The notes beneath the pieces were generated by a model, which was not told the DNA's origin, ran no database searches, and worked only from the letters and a program-made list of their open reading frames with translations. DNA of 64,000 nt from positions 434,001 through 498,000 of the forward strand of contig OZ025800.1 in the NCBI GenBank assembly GCA_964019425.1, given 5' to 3'. The stretch comes from Flectonema sp. DT1601. Its lineage: Eukaryota. Positions 23,336 through 37,300 of the stretch are shown one piece after another. How positions within the stretch are numbered: the first letter of the stretch is position 1; each line of letters begins with the position of its first letter. A program made the position numbers and the translations under genes.

Positions 23336-23567
23336 CTGAAAGAATTGGGAGGGTGAGTCTGGAGGGGAGTTTTAAAAAAAAGGTAATAAAATAAAAATTC
23401 AACCCAACAAACACTACTAAACTTCCCCTAAACACTACGTCTCAGTATGTTGCTTGTTTGCTTGCCAAAGATAACTTTTTCTTGTTTGAAGCAGTGTTTA
23501 CACCGCATTTTTGGATCGTGTGTGTCGTCGTTGTCCCAAACTTCATCAAGTCGATTATTAGAAGGAA

Positions 23568-25703
23568 TTATAATTTACTGTCATCACTACTTGTCTGGGT
23601 CATTCCCTTCACAAGATTTTCAATTCGTGAGAATTGAAATGGCCATGAAGCTCTGTACAGGAACTGCCTTAAGTCGAACCTGTTATCATCTGGGGAATAA
23701 CTCTCAGCGTGGTAACTTGGAGTTAGAGTTGTCATTTTGTGACGATTAACAGAATAAAAGAAGAAGAATCTTTTAACTTTTGCAGCAATCTCAGAAGGTG
23801 AAAAGAGTGAGCCCCACTGATTTGGTTGACAAAGTTTACGAAACATTGAAACAGGTCCGCAACGTTGAGCTGAACGCATTGTTCCGAATACAGAAAGTTC
23901 TTGATAAGACATTCCCATTTCATCTTCATCTGATTGTGTTACTTTTCCACACGGGCTGAGAGGTTGTAATTCAGCTGTTGGCGTTGCGTCAACAACTTCC
24001 TGATGAACTGACCATCCTTTAGTCTTAGCACACCAAAGTAAAAAGTTTGTTAAGTCAACTTTAGATATTCCACCAATCGGATTGATATCCGCAGCACTGC
24101 AGTCATACTTCGTGTAGTATCCTCTGAGTGCTTCATCAACATTTGCTGAACCTAATACCAATAAAGAACCAGCGTGACCATTATCCCATGGTAGTAGTTG
24201 AGCCATGTAGTATGCGAGGACCATTCTACTACGTGCTTGAATGTTTTGTTGTGCAATATTTTCCATAGTTCCCTTATTTTTTATATCAGGTCTGCAGTTT
24301 AACTTTGACTGCTGCATAAAGACATTCGTTACAGCTTCAGTCATCTCATCAATCTTCACACATCTGTGGTTGGCTCCCAATACTTCAGCGAGTCTCTCAG
24401 CTCTGCTGCGGGTTTCTTCACCGCTGTACTCTGTTCCCATGTAGCAAGTGTACAGGACTCTGTTGCATAGTTCTTGAGACGTTTTAGGGATGAAGTTCGT
24501 ATCTTTGGTAATCTTGTGAACATCAGCGAGTGTTTGTTTTGCTGAAGCAGGATACTCTGTTTGATTAATCTCAGCAACAACTAACTCACACATAAGACCT
24601 ACCAAAGTAGCAGTAGCACTGCTGTCCGCTCCTCCAGATAAGGGAAGCATGAATCCAGTTAGTCCAGAACGACGTAGGTAGTCCCAAAGCCAGCATGGTG
24701 GTCCTGATGCGATCTCTTCCTCTGCGGAAAGGAATTCCTCGGTTTTTGGAAGTGATGGAACTTCGTCTTTGGATGCGATGATGTCAATGTTGTCAACAAA
24801 TATCTTCGGCACTACCGTCACCCTCCCAGCTGCTTGGATTGATCGACTAGCGATAGCTCCTCTGAAATTACGAACATCGTTGACATCGACAGTCGCTGAG
24901 ATCACTTCAACTTCTCTGATACTAAATTGAGAAGCTTGCTCTAACATCTGTCCGTTCTGCATTATCATTGCAGACCCGTCAAAGTAAAGACGATTGCCGT
25001 CACATCCTTTTTGGTTTGCGTAGAGATAGACACCTCCTCCTTTTGAAGTCGCAGACTTTATGAGTTCAACACGTTGGTTTAATTTACGTAACTGATGATG
25101 AGATCCACTTCCGTTAAGGAATATCTCAACACCATCGAGACCTAATGTGATATGGGGAGAGTCTGGTGTGAATAATTCTTCACAAGTTTCACTCGCTAAT
25201 GCGACATCTCCAACTTGAATGATTGCAATACCGAATGGAGCAGTTCTTTGATCACATGCGGCCGTTGCTATTCTTGGAAGGTAATGATCTTGTAAAGTAT
25301 ACCCTTGAGACCATGCACTAAACCAGCGTGTTTCACGGTAGTTTCCATCATTCGCGAGACACATTTTTGGTCTAATTAAAACAATTTTACGATTACACAC
25401 AAACACTCTACAGTTGTAACGAACATTTTGATGCATTACAGGCATACCAACGTCAATAATAATGTCGTCAGTGTATCCTGTTTCTACCAAATCAATGAGA
25501 CATTCCCAACTGTGTTCCATAGTATCTTCCTCTAAGAAATGATCTTCACAGCTGTATCCACTAATCTCTAATTCTGGTCCTGTTCGTACTTTGCATCTCT
25601 TTTCTCTGGCCATTTCAATTGAGGTTTTTATCCTCTCAAGGTTTCCTGTGAAGTCCAATGCCCATTGATTCAGATTACAAGTCGCTACGTTAATTAATCT
25701 CAT
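23568..25703 (-). CDS. NADSYN1: Glutamine-dependent NAD+ synthetase
   Basis: N-terminal nitrilase domain (LNQWALDF, GPELEISGY, IRPK, ETCEELF). Synthetase domain LPLSGGADS, QNIQARSRM, TKYDCS, PTAEL, NRHK. Confidence 0.97.
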   Translation of the reverse strand: MRLINVATCNLNQWALDFTGNLERIKTSIEMAREKRCKVRTGPELEISGYSCEDHFLEEDTMEHSWECLIDLVETGYTDDIIIDVGMPVMHQNVRYNCRVFVCNRKIVLIRPKMCLANDGNYRETRWFSAWSQGYTLQDHYLPRIATAACDQRTAPFGIAIIQVGDVALASETCEELFTPDSPHITLGLDGVEIFLNGSGSHHQLRKLNQRVELIKSATSKGGGVYLYANQKGCDGNRLYFDGSAMIMQNGQMLEQASQFSIREVEVISATVDVNDVRNFRGAIASRSIQAAGRVTVVPKIFVDNIDIIASKDEVPSLPKTEEFLSAEEEIASGPPCWLWDYLRRSGLTGFMLPLSGGADSSATATLVGLMCELVVAEINQTEYPASAKQTLADVHKITKDTNFIPKTSQELCNRVLYTCYMGTEYSGEETRSRAERLAEVLGANHRCVKIDEMTEAVTNVFMQQSKLNCRPDIKNKGTMENIAQQNIQARSRMVLAYYMAQLLPWDNGHAGSLLVLGSANVDEALRGYYTKYDCSAADINPIGGISKVDLTNFLLWCAKTKGWSVHQEVVDATPTAELQPLSPCGKVTQSDEDEMGMSYQELSVFGTMRSAQRCGPVSMFRKLCQPNQWGSLFSPSEIAAKVKRFFFFYSVNRHKMTTLTPSYHAESYSPDDNRFDLRQFLYRASWPFQFSRIENLVKGMTQTSSDDSKL

Positions 25704-25837
25704 TTGTGTGATGTTTCGTCGTCTGAATAAGAAAACTAATTTGATATTTGAAATCAGAAATAACTAACAACCAGAAACAGGTATCCACACACAGCTATAA
25801 TTCTGAGCGGGTACTTTTTTTTTTTTCTTTCCAGTAA

Positions 25838-26221
25838 TTAAATACAACATCCCTCACCATCTCGGACAGGTACCCTACCGAACCAGTATATGTTTTGTAT
25901 TTTATTATCATCAGTGCAGGTTACTTCCAATCGTTGATACCATTTTAGAGTGAATTGTTTAATGAATCCATTTAATGTAACAGTTTTGGTACTTTCATCT
26001 ATTTCTGTGTCTGTCCACTCAATAGCAAGACGTGGAGGAAAGTGTTTAATAAGTCTTTCTCTTGCAGCGTCAATTCCAACTGCTGGTCTTCCTGAATCAC
26101 ATCCGTGCGAATTATCGAGTTTGATGGAATTAGAAAATAGAGATACACATCCCTCAACGTCACCTGCTAATCTCTTTTCAGCATAACTCTTTGCTAATTG
26201 AATCCACTGGTTTCGTGACAT
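25838..26221 (-). CDS. Small NTF2/SnoaL-like fold protein with C-terminal CCI
   Basis: 127 aa. The pattern Y.....GDVE....LFS....L...G..AA...L and a terminal KI..I strand is typical of NTF2-like folds. Confidence 0.6.
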   Translation of the reverse strand: MSRNQWIQLAKSYAEKRLAGDVEGCVSLFSNSIKLDNSHGCDSGRPAVGIDAARERLIKHFPPRLAIEWTDTEIDESTKTVTLNGFIKQFTLKWYQRLEVTCTDDNKIQNIYWFGRVPVRDGEGCCI

Positions 26222-26456
26222 ATTATTGTGTTGGTTTACTTCCTGTTGGAAGAATAGCTTTTTTATGACATTCAGCTGAGTCTGGACCTAACATAGAAAC
26301 ACTCGCGGAATTCAAGTAGAAATGTTAAGAACACAACACTTCGCTAGGAGGCGATTAATTATTAGTTCATCTTCTTCAGTGAGATCTGACACTGAATCTG
26401 ATGTATTTTTTGAACGAAAACCAGACAAGTTATGACAACGAGTACCTCGATAAGTA

Positions 26457-27427
26457 TTAACTCACCGCCAAGTCGGCAAATTGTTTTGCGTCTTCTTCTT
26501 TATCAAAATAAATTCCAATCTCTGTTAATGTCTGCGAGTTTGGGTATTCACATTCTGCAAAGTCTATTAAAACTTCCATCAGAACAGAATGAGCAGTTTG
26601 AGCAGGCCAATTACCGATGACATTGTGAATAGCAACAGAAGGTAGTGAATTAAACAAACATTCCTCAATTACATTTCCTATGGTAGTTGAGAGCCAACGT
26701 ATTTCATGATGTTTTCCTCCCTGCCACATTGGAACGGCTGTGTGAATAAGAGCAGAGAAGCTATCAGAATATGGTTTTGTCATACCGACACACGACATAG
26801 GTATCTCTCCCAAAGTCTTTGCATGACTAAGTAAATTATCAGGAACAGAATGAGTTCTCATAACGGTACCACTTGCGACTCCTACAGGTGACAGGTCTCC
26901 AGTGCAGTAGCTGCAGACTGATGATTCGGATGCTTCGCTGATATTACCAACTTTTACTTTTAAATTAAATTGTTTTCCATCTTCAGTCTTTCTACCTAAC
27001 GGTATGGTCGCTATTTCTTTTGAAGGCTCAGGATTATAAACTGAAACCTGTTCATGTTCACCATCAGGAAGAGTACTTTTCCAAGGTCGCCTAAACTCAT
27101 GCTGTCGGTAAAGGTGACCACGGACAGGTCCCAATTGAGGGCCGCCACCAAAGGCATGGCTCCGATCCACTTGTTCTTTAGTTGTCAGCAGAGAAGTTTT
27201 TTTATAACTTCTATTGTAGTTACTATTTGGGATGGTAGGATTGTAAATTCCATTACCCAAGTCGCTATCGTTATGTAATTGATTCGTATATCTGTTTTGT
27301 AGAAAGTGTTGTTATTATTTATTATTATCATTATTATTATGAAGAACAACACATACTGTGTCTTCCCTCTCGGATGCTCTATTTTTGAAGGTGGTCTCCA
27401 TAACAAGGTTGTCGATTTTCTCATCAT
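26457..27427 (-). CDS. Divergent macro-domain protein, two exons
   Basis: KVKVGNIS, LIHTAVPMWQGG, SVAIHNVIG and EIGIY resemble a macro domain. A first exon MMRKSTT...GKT joins through a GTATGT...AAACAG intron. Confidence 0.6.
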
Positions 27428-29272
27428 ATTATAGTTCACGTACCTGTCAGAGGTAATATAAAAAATAAAATAAAAATATATAATGGGGTATTAAATAACG
27501 GTTTAAGTGATTATTATGTTTAAGTTCAACAGCTTTAAGCCCTAGATCGAGTGTGGCAAGTCTTTTCGTGAATGAGTCTCCTGGATGACCTGTTTTATGA
27601 AATATTCGTAATTGCTAAAGGTAGATTTACATGACTTTTTCTCCCCATTTTTTTTGGTTTTTTTTTTTTTTTTTTTTTCATATTTCTTTATTTTGCACAT
27701 CAATAAAAAAAGTAAGTTGGGGATCATCACTGGGGGAAAGGGTGGGCGAGAATGGGTAATTTGAGGGGCTGTGCGGGAAGAAGAGAACAAAAAAAAAAAA
27801 AAAAAAAAAAAAAGAAAGAAAGAAATAAACCAACGAAACGAAAGAGATCTCATGTAGGAACATTATTCTCATTCCCTCTCGTTGCCAGAACTACTTGTGT
27901 TCGATCCTGTTGACTCTCTTTATGATTATTACTTTTTTTTTGTACCCACAAACCTATTGTTCGGTAGAAAGAGAATTGTGGCAGTGTAACTAACCTATTA
28001 TTTCTTTATTAGATTTTCGTAACCAGTTGCGCACAAACAAAACAAAAGTGTGAGTAAAAAAGTAAAAAAGTGAAGCTGGCCGATTCCTTTTTTTTTTTTT
28101 TTTTTTTTGATTATTCTCGCTTACTATCCCGGCAAGACTTCACTCAACATTTAAAAAAAAAACAAAAGAAAACAAGTTGCACGAACACGCGACCTAAAAA
28201 GGGGTAAAAAAAAGTGAAAGAAAAAAATAAATAAAAGATATGAGGAAATGAAAAACAAAAAACGTATAGAAGCGGAAAATAAAATAAAAACCGACGCCCA
28301 GCAGGAAAGTCGCGGCTCAGCGACTCGGTCCGGTGACCGACGGAGGCTGAATCACACAAGAGATGAACCAATGTGATGCAACCCATCCATTATTCGTTTG
28401 TGAATCTTGCAACACGTACAACCGCACGCGCACAGAAAATTAAAAAGAGTGGCCGTCATATCGAAGTCCAACAAGCTCGTTGCAAATAATGAGTTAAAAA
28501 CTATACTCAGCAACGTCTTACGACAATGATGTAGGGAAAACCGATCCCAAAATCCCTTTCTTTTTTTTTTTTTTTTTTTTTTTTTCTTCCGTTTGAGTCA
28601 CTAACCCTCTTTCATTATGTAATGTTCCGTTAACCAAACTACTATTAAGTTGACGGATTGAGTGAAGCAAAAAAGAAAACCACGGGAGGTTGGAAATAAC
28701 ATGGGAACGTGATGTGCGCTGAATACCTTTTCAGCACAAAAAAAAACCGCTCCAGGCAAGCATAACAAACAACTATGTCTGAAAATAGGTTTTTTTTTTT
28801 TTTTCCTTTTTTTTGATTGATCGATATGAGGGCGTGCAATGTATTCCTCGCTGCGTTCAAACTTAAAAAAAAAAAAAAAAATTAAAAAAAAATCAACGGA
28901 CAGCAAACACACCCCCTCCCTAGTTTTAATTTTTTTTTTTTCGTTCATTCCCATTCTCTTTTGCATTATTTAGTAATTATTTGTTAAATTCCACGCGGGG
29001 AGCATAGTGAGAAAGATAAATGAAAAAACAAAAGTCGGATAAAGAGGGAGAGGCTGGTTTGGACAGGAAAAAAAGGGGGGTAAAAACGATTCCATCGCCT
29101 AGCGGGTCAGACCAGTACGTTGTTCTCTGTAAGGTTATTAACCACTCAAACTGTCTACTCGATGCAGCAAACGAGTGTGTGACAACATTAAAACATAATT
29201 TAGCAGGAAAAAAAGCCTTATTACTTATACACATATCCAGAGTCTACTTGTAGTATAGAACAGTGCCAAGTC

Positions 29273-29303
<31 letters not shown>

Positions 29304-29814
29304 AATGTTCCCCTCACTTGTAATGATGTTAAAACTACAAGAAAGAGAGTGGGGGAAAAAAAGCAAGAAAAAAGAAAAAAAATTGATGTGACGTCAACAA
29401 TTTTATTATGCCATAACTTTGTTTAATAAACGAGTTATTTATTAAAGAATTATCAGACAGTTTTTCTTTTTTTTCTTCTTCTTTTTTTTTTCCCCCATCG
29501 TTGTTGTGTACGTGACAAATAAATGTTCACTTTTACAACCTTATTTTCGTTTATTTTTTTTCTTTGCATGTTGGAATCGAAAGGGTGATGTGGGAAAAAG
29601 GAAAAAAAAAAAGAAGAAAATGGTGAAAGGTGTGCCATTAAACGAGAATATGGGGAACAAAAGTCTTTAAAAAAAAAATGAAATATCAGGGAGAAAACAA
29701 AGGAAAAAATACTAACAGGGAAGGGGAAGGACACGCTGGGTAACTTCTTTCCCACAGGGCTAGCTCTTCATCTCGACTCTTCCTGTTACACGACGGCTGC
29801 TGATATAAAAATGA

Positions 29815-30735
29815 CTAACAGCATCCCTTCTTCTTTTTCTCAACATTTCTTGCGTTCAGGTTAACTCCTCCCGGGATCACACCGTCGTCCTGAACCTGTT
29901 GTTTGTTTATTTGTTTGCTTGTTTATTAGTGGCAGAGATTTGAATAACTTATGAAAAACAAACCTTTCTCTGCTTTCTAAGAGCGTTCTTGGCGACGGCC
30001 AAGAAAGCCTGGTCGACGTTGAAGTTGTCCTTCGCAGAGGTTTCAAAGAATGGAATGACAGCATCCTCGTCTTCCTTTCCTTGTCTGGTAGCCCATGCGA
30101 TGGCAGTCTTTGTTGAAACCTGTCTCTTGTCTTCTAAATCATTCTTGTTTCCAACTAACACGAACTCGCGACCTCCTCCAGCCTGTACGATGAACTCGTC
30201 ATGCCAAGAAGTCAAGTGGGTGAAGGAATCCTGGCTGGTTAAATCAAAGACCTGTTTTTTTGTATTTTTACAGACAAGTTTAAATAACCAAAAAAGAAAA
30301 AAGAAAAGGGGGGAAAACCCGTTCAGATTTTATCCTTATATTTGGTTGGACGCAGACAGATGACCATAAGAAATAACGGCTTTCGATCTGAATAGTTTCT
30401 TCTCCGACTATGTCGGTACAAAAAAAAAGAATCAATCTTTTGATAAACTTAAACACAAAACAATAAAGTAAACATACCAACAAACAAGCGTCAGCTCCTC
30501 TGTAGAACGCTGTTCCAAGGGACTGGAATCTCTCCTGTCCGGCGGTGTCCCAGATCTGAAGCGTGACCTCTACCTCGTCGATCTGAAGATCCCAAGTAAG
30601 GAAATCAGCTCCGATAGTAGCCTTGTACCGCGTGTCAAATTTCTTGTTGACATATTGGTTCATGAGGGAAGACTTACCAACACCACTGTCTCCCAAAATA
30701 ATAACCTTCAATAAAACCTTATGGCGGCCACTCAT
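29815..30735 (-). CDS. RAB7: Rab7 GTPase, three exons (30478-30735, 29964-30251, 29815 to about 29895)
   Basis: [56 protein letters not shown]. Spliced C-terminus KKKKGCC-stop is a prenylation motif. Confidence 0.95.
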
Positions 30736-31388
30736 TTTAATAGGTGTAGTAAACAACTAAAGAGCTGGAGAAGAGAATTATAAACTAATTAGATCACCAC
30801 ACAGGGAGACTCTACTACTTTACACATAATTACAAAGTTTCCTATTTGTCAGAATGCTTCACCACTGCCAAGAAAAATAACATAAAATACATAAACGAAA
30901 AACAGTATTTTCATAACGTAAGTCTAGCAGCCAGCTACGTAGCTGAACCGGCACTGGATGCCGCCGTTTAGCAAGAAATTGGAAAAGAGAATTGGGGGTT
31001 TTGAATATTACTAATTTACTTAAAGGGTGTTGCAGGGAGGATATTACAAGCGGCGAGTACAAAAGAAAAAAAAGAGAAAAAAAAAAAGGTAGGAAACAGA
31101 AGAAGTAACCAATAGGAACTTGAAGGTCAGCCAACCTTACGGGGCGAGTATAATAAAAATATATTTTAAAAACGTCTCACGGACGCGTCATCGCTGTTGG
31201 AGTAATTGGCGCTAATATTTTATTTTTTTTCTATTTTTTTTTTTTTTTTTTTGTGTTGACAATAAAATAGTAACCGAGCGATACTTGCACAAAACTAACG
31301 ACAACTAATAAAAATAACCAATCCCCTAGAAGGGCTAGAAACTTGACTTTTAAAAAAAAGACACACGAAAAAATAAAAGTATAACCCC

Positions 31389-34300
31389 CTATGGTCCGCG
31401 CCTCCTGATGGACGTGGTACTGTCTCCGTACTTTGCATGCTGAATTCGATGTGATGCCAACATCCAGAGAGCTCTACCTACAGAGAGAGGTACACCAGGT
31501 TTATTGTGAATTGTTTTTAAAGAGAAATCAACCATTGTAACCATTGCGATCCAACCCTCACGAGAATCTGTAGTAAAATCAATCGACTTATCATTCCTAA
31601 CAACGGTAAAAGTATAATGTCGATTATTAGGAACTGACGGATGTAATTGTAATAAATGACTAGTTGCGAGTAATCTTTTTATTCTTGATGCCCTGCGGAT
31701 TGCTACAGTACTTGGAACTGGAAGGGAAGACGCACCAGTTGCACTACTCCCCCTGAGAGCACTCTCATTTAAACCAACCCAACTATTGAGAGTTGAGAAA
31801 GGATACCTGACCGATAAGACTGATGATAGATTACAAGTTTGTTTTGGAACAGTGTCAGTTTGTTTAGTAAACCATTGCAATACTTGTAGACTTTGATCTA
31901 CTGACAACCATCTTCGGTAACTCGTCGCAGCAGAAACTGAATGCCGAATAGCCCATGTTCCTCTCTTTGCTCTTTCATGATAGACATAAGTAATTGCCGA
32001 TAATTTCTTAAGTTTATTAATCTTACTCATCGGTACCTTTGTTGAAGTGCTTGCGATTGGAGCAGCAGAACCAGCAGCAGCTGAATAACTTGCTGCTGCT
32101 CCTGCTGAAGCAGGAATCTTTATTGGAGCCTGTCGTGGTTGTTTGTTAGCAGCAGTAGTCAGTTCCTTGTTGTACGAAACACCAGCCCAGTCTGCCATTT
32201 GAACTATTTTATGAGCAATTGAAGTGAGTTGATCTCCAGTTGGTAATTGAATCATTTTATTGATATCAGTGAATACAATTGTTTGATTAAGAGGAGAATA
32301 TTTCATCATCTTAGACCCAGGACGTGATGATCCATCAACAGCGTATTGTATTACAGTTCCTTGACTACTATCTGAAACAAACAAAGTAATATCAGCTCCA
32401 TCTCCTGGATCCTTAAAGTGTATTTGTTGTGGTCTGTCCTGTTGTGGTCTGTCTTGTTGTGGTCTGTCCTGTTGGAGTCTGTCCTGTTGTGGTCTGTCTT
32501 GTCTTACTGGAGTTGTTCTACTCACGACTGATTTCTTTTCCTCAAACTCTTCCAGTATTGCCGCATCAGCTGCTTCCAATTCCGGAGTGCTGTGCCCACT
32601 AACTGGTGTTGTCAGTACGGGTGTTGATGTTGGTTTGGGTAAATTGTGTTTAACATTTCCCCACTCAGCCAACTTATAAACTCCGTTCAATATCTCGGTG
32701 CAGTCTTCTGGGAGAGATACTATTTTATTTATGTCTGAGAAGAGAATCGATCTTGAGGATTCTTTCCATTCAAGAATTCGGAATTCTGGTCTAGGGATAC
32801 CATCAACAGCGTATTGAACAGACTTTGAGTTGAGAGGAGTACCTTTGCTGGCAAATATTGAGATTAGTGCTCCATCATTAGGATCAGGGTACTCTACTGC
32901 TTGAGGGATGGTTCCTTGATCAACACGTTGAGTTGGTTGCTTAACGGATGGTGTTGGTGTTGGCGGTGCTACTCTGCTCTGAGTATTTTTTGATTTTTCA
33001 CTTGGCAACACTGGTATATTATGAGAGACACCAGCCCAGTCAGCTAACATACGAAGACCTTCAACTATTGAATAACAGTCAGTTGGAAGTGTTATTATTT
33101 TATTTATATCAGTAAATAGAATCGTTCGATTGCTCATATCAAAATTGAATGACTTCGAAGGAGGACGAGAGGTACCATCTACAGAATAGCGTAATTCTCT
33201 TCCAGTCGGACCATTATTTGCAAATACCGAAATTAGAGCACCGTCACTGTCATCGTTGTATTCGATTGCGTCCGGTGGAGATGACTCACCAGTATTATTA
33301 TTTTTATTATTTACAACAGTTCCTTGAGTGTCTCCAGTTCCGTCAGACCCAACTTCAGAGAAACATTCCCCATCAGCAACGTTCTTTAAATTATGTTTCG
33401 CACCAACATAGTCAGCTATTCCACGAAGTTGAGATAATATTTCAGTTACTTCTCTGTCGTTATTTGGGAGGGTAAGGATTCTTTGGATATCTTCAAAGAC
33501 GACAGTTCGGTTTTCAGAATTAAACCAAATCTCAGAAGACGGGGGTCTCATCTCACCGTCAACAGAAAACACAACTGAGGTTGGAGGAGATGCAATAATT
33601 TTAATAACAACATTGTCTGTTGGATCATTAAATAATATCGGTGGAGGTAAACCTCTTGGAGACACAACACTTGTTTTACGACTATCAGAACTTGAAGTAG
33701 TGGTACTTATACTGGTGGTACTTGCTTCATTCTGAACAGGTTGTACAACAGGTGTCGCTTGTGGTGATTTTTGAACTTTTTTTATTTCATCAACTTTTGT
33801 AGTTTTGGTATCCTTCTTCTCGCGATCAGAGAACTTTGGATGTGGCTCTCCAGTCGCAGGGCAGAACTTAAACGACGTCGGAGGTACTTTACACTCCGAA
33901 CACACTTCATGATGAACTCTACCAGTTGCAGTGCAGTAAATATGAACAGCCGGATCAAGACGACAATCAGAACATTTCATAACCGAATATGATCGTCGCT
34001 TTGCTTCGTAAGCTTCCCTAAGTGATGAATGTCTGTTTGGAGAAGAAGCTGACTCCAGCGGTAGGTCGTTAGCTCGTAGATGTACTGATGGGTTCGGAGT
34101 AGAAGTAACAGCCGGAAATATCTTTAAGTCCGATGGCATTACAAAATCCGGAGATTGTGATCGAACTCTCGAGATGACAGCATTCACTATCCTCAAATCA
34201 TCACTGCTGTCACTTGACACGTCATCAGAAATTATTAAATCACGACGACCTATTTTAGCAGCACCAGAATTCCTCGCAACCAGGACCTTTGCTAATGACA

Positions 34301-37300
34301 AGTTAGCAACAGGCGGGAGACTATTTCTCGGATTAGTTTCTGTAGTAATATACTCTTTACACATTGGTGGTGAGAGTACTGTTCTTGGATCTGGTCCGTT
34401 AGTATCGTACTCTGGGAAGTTGAATGAATTACCTGAGCTGGTTGTTTCATTAAGTCCAGTTCCAGTAGTTGAGATGTCAGACACAAATGAAGTAATAGCA
34501 TCAGAGTCTATCGATACAATGAAGTCACCTTCTCTTGTTCCACCTGCTTCAGGAGTTGGTAAATTCTTCTCCGGTTCTGGAGGGTTTGACACTTGCACAC
34601 TTATACTCCTGCCTCTACTTTCTTTTATGACTTGAGTCTGTGCATCTCTTGTTGGATTAATTTCTTTATAAGTTCCGTTAGTAGTTGTTGAACGTGAGCT
34701 GGTTCGCGGGCTTGTTGGATGCGATCGAAGTTTCTTGCGCTTTTCTCCCACCGCTTTCTTGGAGGACTCCGACACAGGCCGCTGTGATGTGGGTTGTGGT
34801 GGGCTTGCTGGATTGATCTGCGGTGATGGCGAGGAACTGATTTTAAGAATTTTCTTTGAACTGCTGTCAGCCGCCTTCCGAGACTGCAACAATCCAACAG
34901 TCTCCTTATCGTCAGGGGTTGATGAGACTTTGGTATTTGTAGCTGCAGAAATATTGTTGTCCTGCTGTCGACTTGATTGGGAATCTCGTGACGTCACTTT
35001 CGGACTATTCCGAGCAACAGTAGCCTTTGATAATAATTTTGTCCTTTCATTAGCAGTACGTTTGCTGTGCATTCTCCACTTATCTTCAGTACTATACGCC
35101 ATGCGATTACGAGGAGCACCACGTCTAGTCTCATCCTTAGTACCTGAGTACTTCTCTTTGTTGCGGTCACTGTTTGTTAATATTTGAGAACTGTTAGTTG
35201 ATTGTTTTTGATGATGTTGTTCTGCTTTTTGACTTCGAATGTTTGTTGAAACTACTGAATGTGAGTCGCTTGTTAAATCATCACAAGGATCACTAGTCAA
35301 GTCTTCATGTGTTCTCTTTGATTTGTTTTCTATCTTTGGGGTCACGATATTCTCATTCTCACTATTCAGATGTCTGGTGGAGTGACGTGTTGATTCCCTC
35401 ACATCAGTTAATGATTGATGTCTTCTTACTGAGTCTGAGTGTTGATCACTTTGACTATTCTCAGAGACAGAAGACTGTTTCCCAATACAGTTCTTAGACT
35501 CTGATTCCTCATCAGACTCAGACTGTCTTCTTTTTGATACTTTAGAAAGGCTGCCTTCTTCATTGAAGTCATCAGACTCTGGTTCTTTCTTTTTTGGAGA
35601 CTTGGCGATAGGAGTGCTTGCCTTCAAAGATGGTGTCGTTAACCTTGTATCTGAATGAGATGTCTTTCTGGATGATTTGTTTTCTATTTCTTCATTAGAA
35701 TTATCAAGATCAGGTTCCTCGTGTTTTGAGGACCTCGCCAGTGGAGTTTTTCCTTTTGAAGATTTCCTGACCCGTTGTGAGTTAGAATGTTTGGAACGAT
35801 CCTTTCGACTACTCGAAACATCTGAGCGTCTCACATGAGTTCCTTTTTTTGATCTTTTTTCAACAGACTTGATATCTCCGACAGATTCATGTCTGGATTG
35901 TTTCTCCTTCTGATCATCGGATTCCGTCTCTGTGTTTCGTGAAGGCTTCGATTTTTTTGATATTTTCTTGGAATCCGAGTGCCGAGCAACATCACTAGAA
36001 GAGGGTCGGCGTTCTTTTTTTGATTTTAATGTTTTTCTCCGACGTTCCGAATAACGGCTGTCACTCTTTTTATGAGCATCAGAGAGTCTACGAGATTTTC
36101 GTTTGTTTGCTGAACTATCTGTTGAATATCGTTGTGATCTTCTACTAACTGTTGTGGACTCAACACGTTGGATTTCAGTATCAGAGAGTAGGGAATCAGA
36201 TACTTGAGGAGAACTCTCTCTACGTTTTTTTGAATTATTCTTGTTGAGAATTGAACGCCGATTTGACGATCTTCGATTTCCCTTGTCAGATACCTTCTTG
36301 TGAATACTTTGGTTGGTATCATCACTGACAGTCGATGCTGAAGTAGAAACTGTTCGTCTTCTCTGAGAACGAAAAGTTCTGTAGTCACTGTGACGAGAGT
36401 TAAAATTGCCAATCGGATCAGATTCCCTTCTGTGAATATCATAATAAGATTCCTGTTGTGATAATGACCTCCTACGATGATGAATTGGTTCACTATATCT
36501 AGAAGAGTAACCAACATCATTACTAAGACTTCTACGAGATCTAGGTACTGGATAATATCTATTCGATCTGTTGTAGTCAACTGGTTGGTAATTAGGACTC
36601 CCCTCACGACTTGGATACTCTTCTGGAACACTTGGATAAGGTCGAGTATAAACATTCTCTTGATAAGATGACACCCACTTACCAGCAGGTATTGGAGGCT
36701 GTTGTGGAATAGGAGCCTCACTCTGATTGTCGAATGCTGAAACCGGAGGACCACCATCCGGAGGAAAACTGAGCCTCAGGAGGTACTCAGGATTTGGATT
36801 TCCTGCATTTGGAGAACTCGATCTCCTTCTGGAAAGTGTTGGAGAGGCTGATCTCCATTCTCTAATTGACCCGCCCGGAAACCATTCCAGTGCTGGATCT
36901 TCAATTGCACTCTGTGCTGGGCTAGTGCTTCTCCCCTGTTCTTGCAAAGCTTGATTCCTTGCATTTGAAACAGCTAATATTTCTTGAGCCTTGTGTGGAT
37001 TATACGAACGCTGTAATGTTCCGTAGTTGAATACGTTTTCCTGTTCAGCTGCTTCAGTGACTTCCTTTCCGAATTTCAGAACCGATGCTTCCCTTCGCTG
37101 TTTAGCAGCTTCAAGTTCCTGTTCAGTCATTGATGGCCTTTTATTAACAGTTGGACTCAGGCTTATGGATGAGCGACGTGGGGATATCTGTCTTCGTCTG
37201 GATATGCTGTCAGCAGATAGTCTTCTGGGTGTTGCTTTTTCATAGGATCTACTTCTTGTGCGGCTGGCCTTCCTTGATATAGAAACTTCCCTTAAGGCTT

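Noticed and set aside
27542..29755. Phe/Lys-rich ORFs in intergenic DNA
   Set aside because: Produced by poly-A/T tracts.
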